Shown here piece after piece: positions 8,391 through 16,785 of a stretch of 32,000 nucleotides of DNA. The notes below the pieces were generated by a model that was not told the DNA's origin, did not search any database, and saw only the letters and a program-made list of their open reading frames with translations. A program made the position numbers and the translations under genes. Numbering within the stretch: position 1 is the first letter of the stretch; every line of letters begins with the position of its first letter. Origin of the DNA: Candidatus Methylomirabilis oxygeniifera (GTDB lineage Bacteria; Methylomirabilota; Methylomirabilia; Methylomirabilales; Methylomirabilaceae); the NCBI GenBank assembly GCA_000091165.1, contig FP565575.1, positions 2,220,001 through 2,252,000 of the forward strand, given 5' to 3'.

Positions 8391-9776
8391 ATGGACACGT
8401 ATCGAACGAAAGTGCTGATCGTTGACGATGATCCATCGGCCAGGAAGATCCTTCAGGGCCGGCTGCGGATTATGAACGTTCAGGCGCTTATTGCATCCAG
8501 CGGCTCTGAGGCGCTCGAACAGATCCGTCGGGAGACACCCGGGGTTGTCCTGCTGGACCTGCAGATGCCGAAGATGTCAGGCATTGACGTTCTCAGGTCG
8601 TTGAAGCGCGAAGGACTGGAACCGACCGTGATTGTTGTGACCGCGCACGCAACCGTCGAAGCCGCTGTCGAGGCAATGAAGGAGGGTGCATACGACTTTA
8701 TCACCAAACCTGTTGATTCACAACATCTGGAGATCGTCCTGGGAAAGGCATTCGAGCGCGAGTCGTTGCGGGCGCAAAGTCGCTGCTTGCAGACGGAAAT
8801 GGCGGATCGCCTGGTCCAGGTTATAGCGGACAACCCAATCATGAAACAGTTGCTGCAGCTCGCCCGTCGCGCCGCCGACAGCAATTCAACCATCCTGCTC
8901 CTGGGAGAGAGCGGGACCGGAAAAGAGGTCTTGGCCAGAAGCATTCACCAGTGGAGTTCTCGGGCACACTATCCATTCACTGTGGTGAATTGCGTGGCCA
9001 TTCCGGAGCAGTTACTGGAAAGCGAGCTGTTTGGTCATGAACGAGGGGCCTTCACTGGCGCGCATCAGCTCAAAAGAGGCAGGTTCGAGATTGCGGAGCA
9101 CGGTACGGTCTTTCTCGACGAAATCGGGGAGGTCCCGGCCGGTATTCAGACAAAACTCCTCCGAGTGTTGCAACACCACGAGTTTGAGCGAGTTGGGGGA
9201 ACCCGTGCGATCAAGGCGGACATCCGCGTGATTGCCGCCACCAACAGCGACCTCGAACGGGCTGTACAAGAGGGCCGCTTCCGGGAAGACCTCTACTATC
9301 GACTAAACGTCGTCAGTATCAAGCTGCCACCGTTAAGGGAGCGAAAAGAGGATATTCCTGCACTGGTCGACTACTTCCTGAGAAAGTACGCAGGCGAGCT
9401 GAAAAAACCTTTGAAGCGACTTGCCCTCGGTACGATGGATGACTTGATGGCCTATCATTGGCCGGGAAACGTGCGCGAGCTGGAGAACGTTGTTGAGCGA
9501 GCTATGGTCTTGAGTATAGGGGATCAGATCGGCCAGGAGGATCTGCCGCTCCAGGTCACCACGGGGCTACGCCGTGAGTCGTTCAGAGCAAAAGAGTTCC
9601 ACGAGGCCGTCACGGAGTTCAAGCGGTGGGTGATTCATGATGCGCTCAAGCGTTCGCAGGGCAATCAGACCAAGGCGGCGGAGCTTCTCGGACTTCAGCG
9701 CACCTATCTCGCTAAGCTGATCCGGCTACTGGAGATCAAATCGGATGCAAATCCCACCGAGAAGAACCGCCTTTGA
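8391..9776 (+). CDS. NtrC-family sigma54-dependent response regulator (REC-AAA+-Fis HTH)
   Basis: Receiver VLIVDDDPSARK...VVLLDLQMPKMSG; Walker A GESGTGKE; ELFGHERGAFTGA sigma54-contact loop; Fis-type HTH GNQTKAAELLGLQRTYLAKLIRLL. GGAGGAG RBS. Confidence 0.95.
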   Translation: MDTYRTKVLIVDDDPSARKILQGRLRIMNVQALIASSGSEALEQIRRETPGVVLLDLQMPKMSGIDVLRSLKREGLEPTVIVVTAHATVEAAVEAMKEGAYDFITKPVDSQHLEIVLGKAFERESLRAQSRCLQTEMADRLVQVIADNPIMKQLLQLARRAADSNSTILLLGESGTGKEVLARSIHQWSSRAHYPFTVVNCVAIPEQLLESELFGHERGAFTGAHQLKRGRFEIAEHGTVFLDEIGEVPAGIQTKLLRVLQHHEFERVGGTRAIKADIRVIAATNSDLERAVQEGRFREDLYYRLNVVSIKLPPLRERKEDIPALVDYFLRKYAGELKKPLKRLALGTMDDLMAYHWPGNVRELENVVERAMVLSIGDQIGQEDLPLQVTTGLRRESFRAKEFHEAVTEFKRWVIHDALKRSQGNQTKAAELLGLQRTYLAKLIRLLEIKSDANPTEKNRL

Positions 9777-9967
9777 TGCAGCGATGAGATCGCATTCCGT
9801 GTATCGCTTTCGATCCTATGTTGTATTCTATTAGGTACTATCCTCTGACGTATCGCTTGAGCCGGTCAGATTTTATCCTTCCGTCAAAATGGTCTTTATG
9901 CAAATAAATCAATATGTTTGCCTCTTACATTGTGCCACGCGAACGGTTGAGCCATCGAGGGATGATG

Positions 9968-9983
9968 TGGCACGCTTGTTGCT
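9968..9983 (+). promoter_or_regulatory. Sigma54 (-24/-12) promoter
   Basis: TGGCAC-GCTTG-TTGCT, an exact match to the TGGCAC-N5-TTGCW consensus, in a ~740-bp non-coding interval just downstream of an NtrC-type activator gene. Confidence 0.75.
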
Positions 9984-9994
9984 TACTCTCTATG

Positions 9995-10095
9995 GTAGGG
10001 TCGTTTGCTTGGCGACCGTTTCTAGAACTCACGTCGTGTCCAAGGGGCTATAAAGAGGAGAGCCCATCCGCTACCCCCCGGAGGGCTCTCCTCTC
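9995..10095 (+). ncRNA. Candidate sigma54-controlled small RNA
   Basis: Starts about 12 nt past the -12 element. Contains a 5-bp stem GGTCG/CGACC (9999-10003/10013-10017) and ends in a strong 12-bp stem. No credible protein. No T-run after the stem. Confidence 0.35.
10054..10093 (+). other. Perfect 12-bp inverted repeat / hairpin
   Basis: AGAGGAGAGCCC (10054-10065), 16-nt loop, GGGCTCTCCTCT (10082-10093). Confidence 0.9.
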
Positions 10096-10514
10096 GTACC
10101 CCACCTTCTCAGCTATTCATCTATTATTACCCCCCTCCATAGATCGGCCCGACGGTCGGGTTCTTGCTCTACTGACCTGAGTGAGCGCAGATATCTTCCA
10201 AGAAAATGGCCCTCGTGACTCCCCCCATCGTATTCCAACCGACTCAGAGCTTCCTCATTCTTTCTTGACTCCCGTGACTCAGTTTGTCTAAAGTTCATAT
10301 GCACTAACTGATTGATTTAATTAGGGACAATCATGTTCAGGTGTGCGGTGAGCGCAGGCTGTCATTTCCGATTAAACGAATGCGCCGACCGCCGAGTCAT
10401 AAGTAGCAAGTGAGCGCATAACTTGACAAGTCGGAGCAGTTGTTCGGCCGCTGCAATGTAACAACAGCCCTTGTATGATTCGAGTATATAGAACATCGCC
10501 TATGAGGGGAAAAT

Positions 10515-10784
10515 ATGGCTACAATTATCGAGTATACTGACCAAAAAAGGCCGGCTAATCATTATCCAAAGCGGATTGTCTCGCCCCTTTCGTCGGGCCC
10601 ATGCTGTTGCTCTAAAATGGAGCAGATCGGCGTGGAACAGCACGAAGAAGCCTGGAGCTTCATCTATAAGCGCTGTAAGCAGTGCGGGTTTGCCGTACGT
10701 CACGTAACGGCTCGAACCCTGCAACTCCCAACGAAGACAAGTTCTCGATTCGAACACCGGGAGTTAATCGGCTCCCACACCTAA
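10515..10784 (+). CDS. Small conserved-looking cysteine-rich (zinc-ribbon-like) protein
   Basis: 89 aa, GAGGGG RBS before the ATG, two Cys knuckle-like clusters (SSGPCCCSKMEQIG and YKRCKQCGFAVRHV). Confidence 0.55.
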   Translation: MATIIEYTDQKRPANHYPKRIVSPLSSGPCCCSKMEQIGVEQHEEAWSFIYKRCKQCGFAVRHVTARTLQLPTKTSSRFEHRELIGSHT

Positions 10785-10824
10785 AACGACTCAACACTCA
10801 CTCTCTGCATTCTGCTCCACCTGT

Positions 10825-10832
10825 GCTATACT
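10825..10832 (+). promoter_or_regulatory. Possible extended -10 promoter for the nad operon
   Basis: TG-C-TATACT about 175 nt upstream of nadA; the -35 box is weak. Confidence 0.3.
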
Positions 10833-10888
10833 TGATTGTCACGCAAAACACCGCACCATAGGGACCCGGTCCTACAGACTTCCGTTCA

Positions 10889-10971
10889 CCCTTCGACGGG
10901 CCCAGGGCAAACGGTATGGGCATTGAAAAGAAGGACGTGTTCCCGTTCGTGGTGAGCCGGTCGAACCACGG
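10889..10971. repeat. Interspersed palindromic element in the nadA leader
   Basis: CCCTTCGACGGGCCCAGGGCAAACGG (10889-10914) is an imperfect inverted copy of CCGTTCGTGGTGAGCCGGTCGAACCACGG (10943-10971). The second arm is itself a hairpin, CGTGGT/ACCACG. Confidence 0.8.
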
Positions 10972-11008
10972 CAGATGGCTTGCGGGGGAGACACATAGGA
11001 GTTGAGAG

Positions 11009-11971
11009 ATGAACGTCGGCGGTCTTGTTGAAGATATTGAGGTGAGCGCCCTGCTTGATCTCGAAGAAGAGATCAAGCAGCTGAAAAAAGCGTTGCATGC
11101 GGTGGTGTTAGCACACTACTACCAGGAGTCTGAAATTCAGGATGTGGCCGATTTCGTCGGCGACAGTCTGCAACTAGCCCAACAGGCCGCAAAAACGAGC
11201 GCTGAGGTGATTGTTTTTGCCGGCGTTCACTTTATGGCGGAGACGGCGAAGATCCTGAATCCCTCGAAGCAGGTGCTGCTCCCCGATTTGGCGGCCGGTT
11301 GTTCGCTGGCAGAAGGGTGCCCGGCGCCTCTCTTCAGACGCTTCAAAGAAAAATATCCGGATCACATCGTGATCAGCTACATTAATTGCAGTGCCGAGGT
11401 CAAGGCGATGAGCGATATCATCTGCACCTCGAGCAACGCCGAAAAGCTCATCAACCAGATCCCGAAAGAGCAGCCAATCCTTTTTGCGCCCGATCAGAAC
11501 CTGGGTCGCTACCTTATCAAAAAGACCGGCCGTGATCTGACGCTGTGGCCCGGCACCTGTACCGTACACGAGACGTTCTCTGAAAAGAAGCTTGTGCAGT
11601 TGATGCTGTACTATCCTCACGCCAAGGTGCTTGCGCATCCTGAGTGCGAAGCCGGCGTGCTTCAGCATGCCGACTACATCGGCTCAACAAGCGGACTGCT
11701 GGGTTATGTCAAGCAAAGTACGGATACCGAATTCATTATTGCGACCGAGCCCGGCATCATTCATCAGATGGAGAAGGCCTGCCGGGACAAGACGTTTATC
11801 CCGGCCCCACCGGACGGAGATTGCGCCTGCAACCAGTGCCCCCACATGCGGCTTAACACTCTGGAGAAACTGTACCTGTGCATGAAACACCGGGCGCCGG
11901 AAATTACGCTTGATGAAGAGCTGCGGCTTCTTGCGTTACGTCCGATCCAGCGTATGCTGGAGATGAGCTAG
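11009..11971 (+). CDS. nadA: Quinolinate synthase A
   Basis: [94 protein letters not shown]. Confidence 0.98.
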   Translation: MNVGGLVEDIEVSALLDLEEEIKQLKKALHAVVLAHYYQESEIQDVADFVGDSLQLAQQAAKTSAEVIVFAGVHFMAETAKILNPSKQVLLPDLAAGCSLAEGCPAPLFRRFKEKYPDHIVISYINCSAEVKAMSDIICTSSNAEKLINQIPKEQPILFAPDQNLGRYLIKKTGRDLTLWPGTCTVHETFSEKKLVQLMLYYPHAKVLAHPECEAGVLQHADYIGSTSGLLGYVKQSTDTEFIIATEPGIIHQMEKACRDKTFIPAPPDGDCACNQCPHMRLNTLEKLYLCMKHRAPEITLDEELRLLALRPIQRMLEMS

Positions 11972-11992
11972 GACTGTCTCTCCCTTACCCCC

Positions 11993-12856
11993 ATGCCCCT
12001 ATCCCTCGTTCGAATCAGCCGCCTGGAGGCCCTCAAGAGATTCCTTGAGGAAGACATCGGTCGGGGCGACGTCACGACCCTTGCGATTGTGCCGTCCGAT
12101 CAAAAGGCGATCGGGCATTTTATGGCCAAGGCGCCTCTGGTGTTGGCTGGGATCGAGTTGGTCATCGATGTCCTCACCCTGTTGGATGAAGGTGTCGTGG
12201 TTGAACATCGCCGTCATGATGGTGATGAGCTGCGTGAGGGCGATCGAGCGGCGTCTGTCCGTGGTCAGGCCAGGGCGCTGCTGACCGGCGAGCGCGTCGC
12301 GACAAACCTGCTCCAGCGGCTTTGCGGGATCGCGACACTGACGCAACGGTTTGTTGAGGCCGTCCGCGGGACACAAGCAAAGATTCTGGACACACGCAAA
12401 ACAACGCCGGGGCTGCGGGTGTTTGAAAAGTACGCAGTGACCGTCGGCGGCGGCATCAATCACCGCTTTGGACTTGATGACGCGATCTTGGTCAAGGATA
12501 ACCATATCAGGCTGGCCGGCGGGATCAGCGCAGCCATTGAAGCAGCTCGACAACATGAGAGTCGCTCGCACCGGTTTGAGGTGGAGGTCACCACACTCGA
12601 GGAGTTGCAGGAGGCCCTCCGGTATGATCTTGACGCCGTCCTCCTCGATAACATGCATCCCGAGATGGTCCGACAGGCGGTAGCCTGTGTACGCACTCAC
12701 GAGCGCGGTCGCAAGATCACCGTCGAAGCGTCAGGTGGAATGACCCTCGACAATGTGCGGACCTTCGCGGAGGCCGGCGTCGATTGGATTTCCATCGGAG
12801 CCTTGACCCATGCCGCCCCGGCCCCCGACATGAGTTTCAAGATTTACCCTGCATGA
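11993..12856 (+). CDS. nadC: Nicotinate-nucleotide pyrophosphorylase (carboxylating)
   Basis: EEDIGRGDVTT, NLLQRLCGIATLT, ILDTRKTTPGLRVFEKYAVTVGGGINHRFGLDDAILVKDNHI, VDWISIGALTHAAPAPDMSFKI. Confidence 0.97.
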   Translation: MPLSLVRISRLEALKRFLEEDIGRGDVTTLAIVPSDQKAIGHFMAKAPLVLAGIELVIDVLTLLDEGVVVEHRRHDGDELREGDRAASVRGQARALLTGERVATNLLQRLCGIATLTQRFVEAVRGTQAKILDTRKTTPGLRVFEKYAVTVGGGINHRFGLDDAILVKDNHIRLAGGISAAIEAARQHESRSHRFEVEVTTLEELQEALRYDLDAVLLDNMHPEMVRQAVACVRTHERGRKITVEASGGMTLDNVRTFAEAGVDWISIGALTHAAPAPDMSFKIYPA

Positions 12857-14406
12857 AGACAGACATCCTGATCATCGGTAGCGGTCTCGCAGGATATGCC
12901 GCAGCACTGGCGGCCGCCAAACAGGACGTGGAGGTGACGCTGCTCACACGGTCGCCTCACCCGGAGGAGAGCAGCACCTTCTGGGCCCAAGGCGGCATTA
13001 TCTATCAGGGAGCGAACGACTCGCCTCAAAAGCTGGTGGCTGATATCGTCACCGCCGGTGCAGGTCTCAGTTCGCCTGAGGCGGCAGCGCTGGTCAGTCG
13101 CGAAGGCCCACGGCTGGTGAAAGAGATTCTCATCGATGAGCTTGGGGTCCCGTTCGATGAATCCTCTGAGGATTCAGCCCGATGGGATCTGACCGCCGAG
13201 GCCGCGCATTCGCTCCCGCGTATCCTGCACCATAAGGATCAGACCGGATCGGCAATCCAGCGCGCGTTCATCGAACGGATCGCGTCGTATCCGAGGGTCA
13301 AACTGCTCTGTGGAACCACCGCGGTCGATCTGCTCACAATCTCACACCATTCGGTCGAACCGCTTGATGTTTATAAGCCTCAGACGTGCATTGGGGCGTA
13401 CGCGTTGGATCAGGCGAGCGGCGAGATCTTTCCCATCCTCGCGAAAGAGACGATTCTGGCGACCGGTGGGCTTGGTCGTGTCTTTCTGCATACCACCAAT
13501 CCTGCCGGCGCTCGTGGCGATGGCATTGCGATGGCCTACCGGGCCGGCGCCCGTTGCATCAATATGCAATACGTGCAGTTCCATCCCACCACGCTCTTCC
13601 ATCCCAGCGGCCGGTTTCTCATCTCCGAAGCGATGCGAGGCGAAGGCGCCCGTCTGGTGGATGGAAAGGGCCGGGAATTTATGACCGATTATCACCCCGA
13701 TGGATCGCTGGCACCGCGGGACGTTGTCGCGCGCGGCATTCACCAGATGATGCTGGAATCGGGCGAGCCGTACGCCTATCTCGACATCTCCCACAAACCG
13801 GCCGATCAGGTCTGCGAGCGATTTCCGGGGATTTATGCGCACTGCTTGAAGTACGGAATTGACATGACCAAAGAACCCATCCCCGTCGTCCCGGCCGCGC
13901 ACTACAGTTGCGGCGGTATTGCCGTTGATGAGTGGGGACAATCAAGTCTGCATCGTCTGCGCGCCGTGGGTGAGGTCGCCTGTTCGGGGTTGCATGGCGC
14001 CAATCGTCTGGCCAGTACGTCCTTGCTGGAATGTCTGGTGTGGGGAACCCGGGCAGGCGCTCAGGCCGCAGCGTTCATCACTCATGGCGACGAGTATTAT
14101 TTTCCTCAGATTGCGCCCTGGCGGTATGAACGTGAATCGGTTGATCCGGCGCTGATCGCGCAGGACTGGCTCAGCATCCAGCAGACCATGTGGAATTACG
14201 TAGGTCTCGTTCGCAGCGCAAAGCGGCTGAACCGCGCCCATGAGATCCTGCGGGAGTTGCACCTGGAGATCTTGAGATTCTATGAAAAGGCCGAGGTGAC
14301 TGACGCCATGGTCGGCCTTCGCAACGGCATTCAAACCGCGTTGGTCATCCTGCTGGCCGCCATGGAATGTCGCAACAGCCGCGGCTGCCACTATCGGATC
14401 GACTAG
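12853..14406 (+). CDS. nadB: L-aspartate oxidase
   Basis: ATG overlaps nadC TGA (ATGA at 12853). DILIIGSGLAGYAAALAAAK, SSTFWAQGGI, CGGIAVDEWGQSSLHRLRAVGEVACSGLHGANRLASTSLLECLVWG. Confidence 0.97.
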   Translation: MKTDILIIGSGLAGYAAALAAAKQDVEVTLLTRSPHPEESSTFWAQGGIIYQGANDSPQKLVADIVTAGAGLSSPEAAALVSREGPRLVKEILIDELGVPFDESSEDSARWDLTAEAAHSLPRILHHKDQTGSAIQRAFIERIASYPRVKLLCGTTAVDLLTISHHSVEPLDVYKPQTCIGAYALDQASGEIFPILAKETILATGGLGRVFLHTTNPAGARGDGIAMAYRAGARCINMQYVQFHPTTLFHPSGRFLISEAMRGEGARLVDGKGREFMTDYHPDGSLAPRDVVARGIHQMMLESGEPYAYLDISHKPADQVCERFPGIYAHCLKYGIDMTKEPIPVVPAAHYSCGGIAVDEWGQSSLHRLRAVGEVACSGLHGANRLASTSLLECLVWGTRAGAQAAAFITHGDEYYFPQIAPWRYERESVDPALIAQDWLSIQQTMWNYVGLVRSAKRLNRAHEILRELHLEILRFYEKAEVTDAMVGLRNGIQTALVILLAAMECRNSRGCHYRID

Positions 14407-14417
14407 AACGCTTCAGT

Positions 14418-14445
14418 TCCGAGTGTTGAGAGTGTCGAGTGTCGG
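14418..14445 (+). repeat. Short degenerate 7-nt-periodic tract
   Basis: ttccgagtgttgagagtgtcgagtgtcgggtt, repeated gagtgt(t/c) at ~7-nt spacing between nadB and the dehydrogenase gene. Confidence 0.5.
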
Positions 14446-14499
14446 GTTGTTCACGACAGGGCTGACAAGGGCCGCTCTCTTCGAGCAGGGAGGTGAGTC

Positions 14500-15531
14500 A
14501 TGAAGGCGGTGCGATTTCATGAGCACGGCGGGCCAGAGGTTCTTCGGTACGAAGATGCCCCCGACCCCATCATCGCCCCCCATGAAGTGCTGGTGAAGGT
14601 CAAGGCCTGTGCCTTGAATCACCTGGATCTCTGGTGCCGAAAAGGGATGCTGGGGATGCAGATTCCCCTCCCCCATATTTCCGGTTCCGATGTCGCCGGT
14701 GAGGTAGCGGCGGTTGGAAGTGTCGCGACCCGCATCACGCTCGGTCAACGGGTCGTTGTCTCACCGGGGATAAGCTGTGGCCAGTGCGCCTGCTGCCTGT
14801 CTGGCCGCGACAACCTCTGCCGCTCTTACGAAATCGTCGGCGGCTACCGGATCGACGGCGGATACGCGGAGTACGTGAAGGTCCCCGAGGTCAACATCCT
14901 GCCGATACCGGAGGAGATGGACTTCGAGGCAGCGGCGGCGTTCCCGCTCACCTTTCTGACCGCCTGGAACATGCTGGTGAATCTCGCGCATGTCAAGCGG
15001 GGCGATGAGGTGCTGGTGATGGGGGCAGGCAGCGGGGTTGGAACCGCCGCCATCCAGATCGCCAAGCTGTTCGGCGCCCGCGTCATCGCCGCCGCCGGGA
15101 GCGACGACAAGCTTGGCAAGGCGAAGGGGCTTGGCGCCGACGACGGAATCAACTATGCCGACCAGGATCTGGTTATCGAGGCGCGGCGTCTCACGGCCAA
15201 GCGAGGGGTGGATGTGATCTTCGAGCATGTAGGGGGCGCTGTATTCGAGAAGCTGATTCCGGCCTTGGCCACCGGTGGCCGCCTGGTAACGTGCGGCGCC
15301 ACAGCCGGCCACCTGGCCCAGACCGATATCCGATACCTCTTCATGCGACAGGCGTCGATCATGGGTGGCTTTATGGGCCCCAAGGCCGATCTCTTGCAGA
15401 TCGTACGGGAGATGGCGCGCGGGACGCTCAAACCGGTCGTGGATCGGCTCTTCCCGCTCAAGGAGGCCGCTGCGGCGCAATGTGCGATGGAGGACCGGAC
15501 GCTGTTCGGCAAGCTGGTCCTGGTCATCTAG
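14500..15531 (+). CDS. Zinc-binding alcohol dehydrogenase / quinone oxidoreductase family (MDR)
   Basis: HLDLWCRKGM, PHISGSDVAGEVAAVG, structural zinc cysteines CGQCACCLSGRDNLC, VLVMGAGSGVGTAAIQIAKLFGARVIAA. Confidence 0.92.
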   Translation: MKAVRFHEHGGPEVLRYEDAPDPIIAPHEVLVKVKACALNHLDLWCRKGMLGMQIPLPHISGSDVAGEVAAVGSVATRITLGQRVVVSPGISCGQCACCLSGRDNLCRSYEIVGGYRIDGGYAEYVKVPEVNILPIPEEMDFEAAAAFPLTFLTAWNMLVNLAHVKRGDEVLVMGAGSGVGTAAIQIAKLFGARVIAAAGSDDKLGKAKGLGADDGINYADQDLVIEARRLTAKRGVDVIFEHVGGAVFEKLIPALATGGRLVTCGATAGHLAQTDIRYLFMRQASIMGGFMGPKADLLQIVREMARGTLKPVVDRLFPLKEAAAAQCAMEDRTLFGKLVLVI

Positions 15532-15567
15532 CGCCATACCGTAAAACGTGAGATCAGGAGGAGGATC

Positions 15568-16335
15568 ATGACGCTGAACGTCGCACATCGAGGGGCCTCG
15601 GCGGTGGCGCCGGAGAATACGATGGCGGCCTTTGAGAAGGCGGTCGAGTTGGGGGCCGACGCTATCGAGCTGGACCTGCACGTCAGTCACGATGGCGAAC
15701 TGGTCATCATTCACGATGACACGCTGGATCGGACCACCGATGGCCAGGGACCGGTCCATACGCGCAGCCTGCATGAGCTTAAGCAGCTTGATGCCGGTCG
15801 CTGGTTCAGCGAGCGCTTTGCCGGTCAACAGATCCCGACCCTTGTGGAGGTCCTGGATCGTTTTGCCGGAAAGGTCCCGCTCGCGCTTGAGGTCAAGGCC
15901 GGTTCGGCCTTCTTTCCCGGCATCGAGGAGCGGGTGGTATCGGTCCTGCGTGAGCATCAGGTCATCTCGCAGGTGGCGGTCGCCTCGTTCGACCACCACG
16001 CATTACTAAGGCTGAAGGAATTGGAGCCGTCCCTTCGGACCGCCGCGCTTCTCGTAGGACGACCGGTGTCGATGCCGGTGATTGCGGAAGCGTGTAAGAC
16101 CGATGCCATGGCCATGGAGTGCAGTCTTATCACGAAAACAGAGGTTGATGCCTGCCGTGCCGCCGGGCTTCAGCTTGTGGTGTGGGTGGTCAACGAGCCT
16201 GCCCGGATGCGCGACTTTATCGATCTGGGAGTCGACGGGATCATCACCGACAGACCGGACCTTTTACGTCATGCCCTGGCAGAACGCAGTGCGTCCCGCC
16301 CAACTCTCACACGCTGGAAGTCAGTAGTCTCCTGA
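15568..16335 (+). CDS. Glycerophosphodiester phosphodiesterase family protein
   Basis: AHRGASAVAPENTMAAFEKAVELGADAIELDLHVSHDGELVIIHDDTLDRTTDG, GVDGIITDRPDLL. Confidence 0.95.
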   Translation: MTLNVAHRGASAVAPENTMAAFEKAVELGADAIELDLHVSHDGELVIIHDDTLDRTTDGQGPVHTRSLHELKQLDAGRWFSERFAGQQIPTLVEVLDRFAGKVPLALEVKAGSAFFPGIEERVVSVLREHQVISQVAVASFDHHALLRLKELEPSLRTAALLVGRPVSMPVIAEACKTDAMAMECSLITKTEVDACRAAGLQLVVWVVNEPARMRDFIDLGVDGIITDRPDLLRHALAERSASRPTLTRWKSVVS

Positions 16336-16369
16336 GACCAGCCTTCATGCCCCCGATTAACGGATAGTT

Positions 16370-16483
16370 ATGGCTTTTGGTTCCACACCCAACGATCCGA
16401 ACCGGACCGCTTGGCCCTTTATCCTCTTGATCGCAGCAATCGCCGCTGTCATCGTAGCCACAATCCTCGTGTTTGTCGCCTGA
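16370..16483 (+). CDS. Possible single-TM microprotein (37 aa)
   Basis: Direct reading: MAFGSTPNDPNRTAWPFILLIAAIAAVIVATILVFVA*, a short polar N-terminus plus one clear TM helix. No strong RBS. Confidence 0.3.
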   Translation: MAFGSTPNDPNRTAWPFILLIAAIAAVIVATILVFVA

Positions 16484-16785
16484 TCGTGACGAGCGGACGT
16501 CAGGGACGAGCTTCACATGCCTGATTCTGACGCTTGCGGTACCGTATTTCCCGTTGCGAAGCCGCGCAGCTATACGATATACTTCAGTTCTACCGCATAC
16601 CAATCCTGAGTCCGTCAACATCTACATCTGTTGAGGGGGCGGTATGATTCCGGAACCTACTGGTCGCTTCTGAGGATCCTCAATATTTTCCAATAAGGCC
16701 TTAATACGACTCATAGACTTCGTATCCCAGACGCAGTCATGCCATCAGCAGGAAAAGAGGCCACTGGACGTTAAAGGAGTGCGGA

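Noticed and set aside
10054-10093. Calling the 12-bp hairpin a definite intrinsic terminator
   Set aside because: The downstream sequence is CGTACCCCACCTTC with no T-run, so only the inverted repeat itself is claimed.
9914-10180. 88-aa plus-strand ORF over the sigma54 promoter and hairpin
   Set aside because: Starts before the -12 element, composition not protein-like, spans a perfect inverted repeat; more likely non-coding.
10113-10304. 63-aa minus-strand ORF
   Set aside because: No RBS or recognisable motif; low-GC intergenic DNA.
16671-16682. Perfect palindrome TGAGGATCCTCA
   Set aside because: Twelve bases with no loop and no repeat nearby; plausible by chance in 32 kb.
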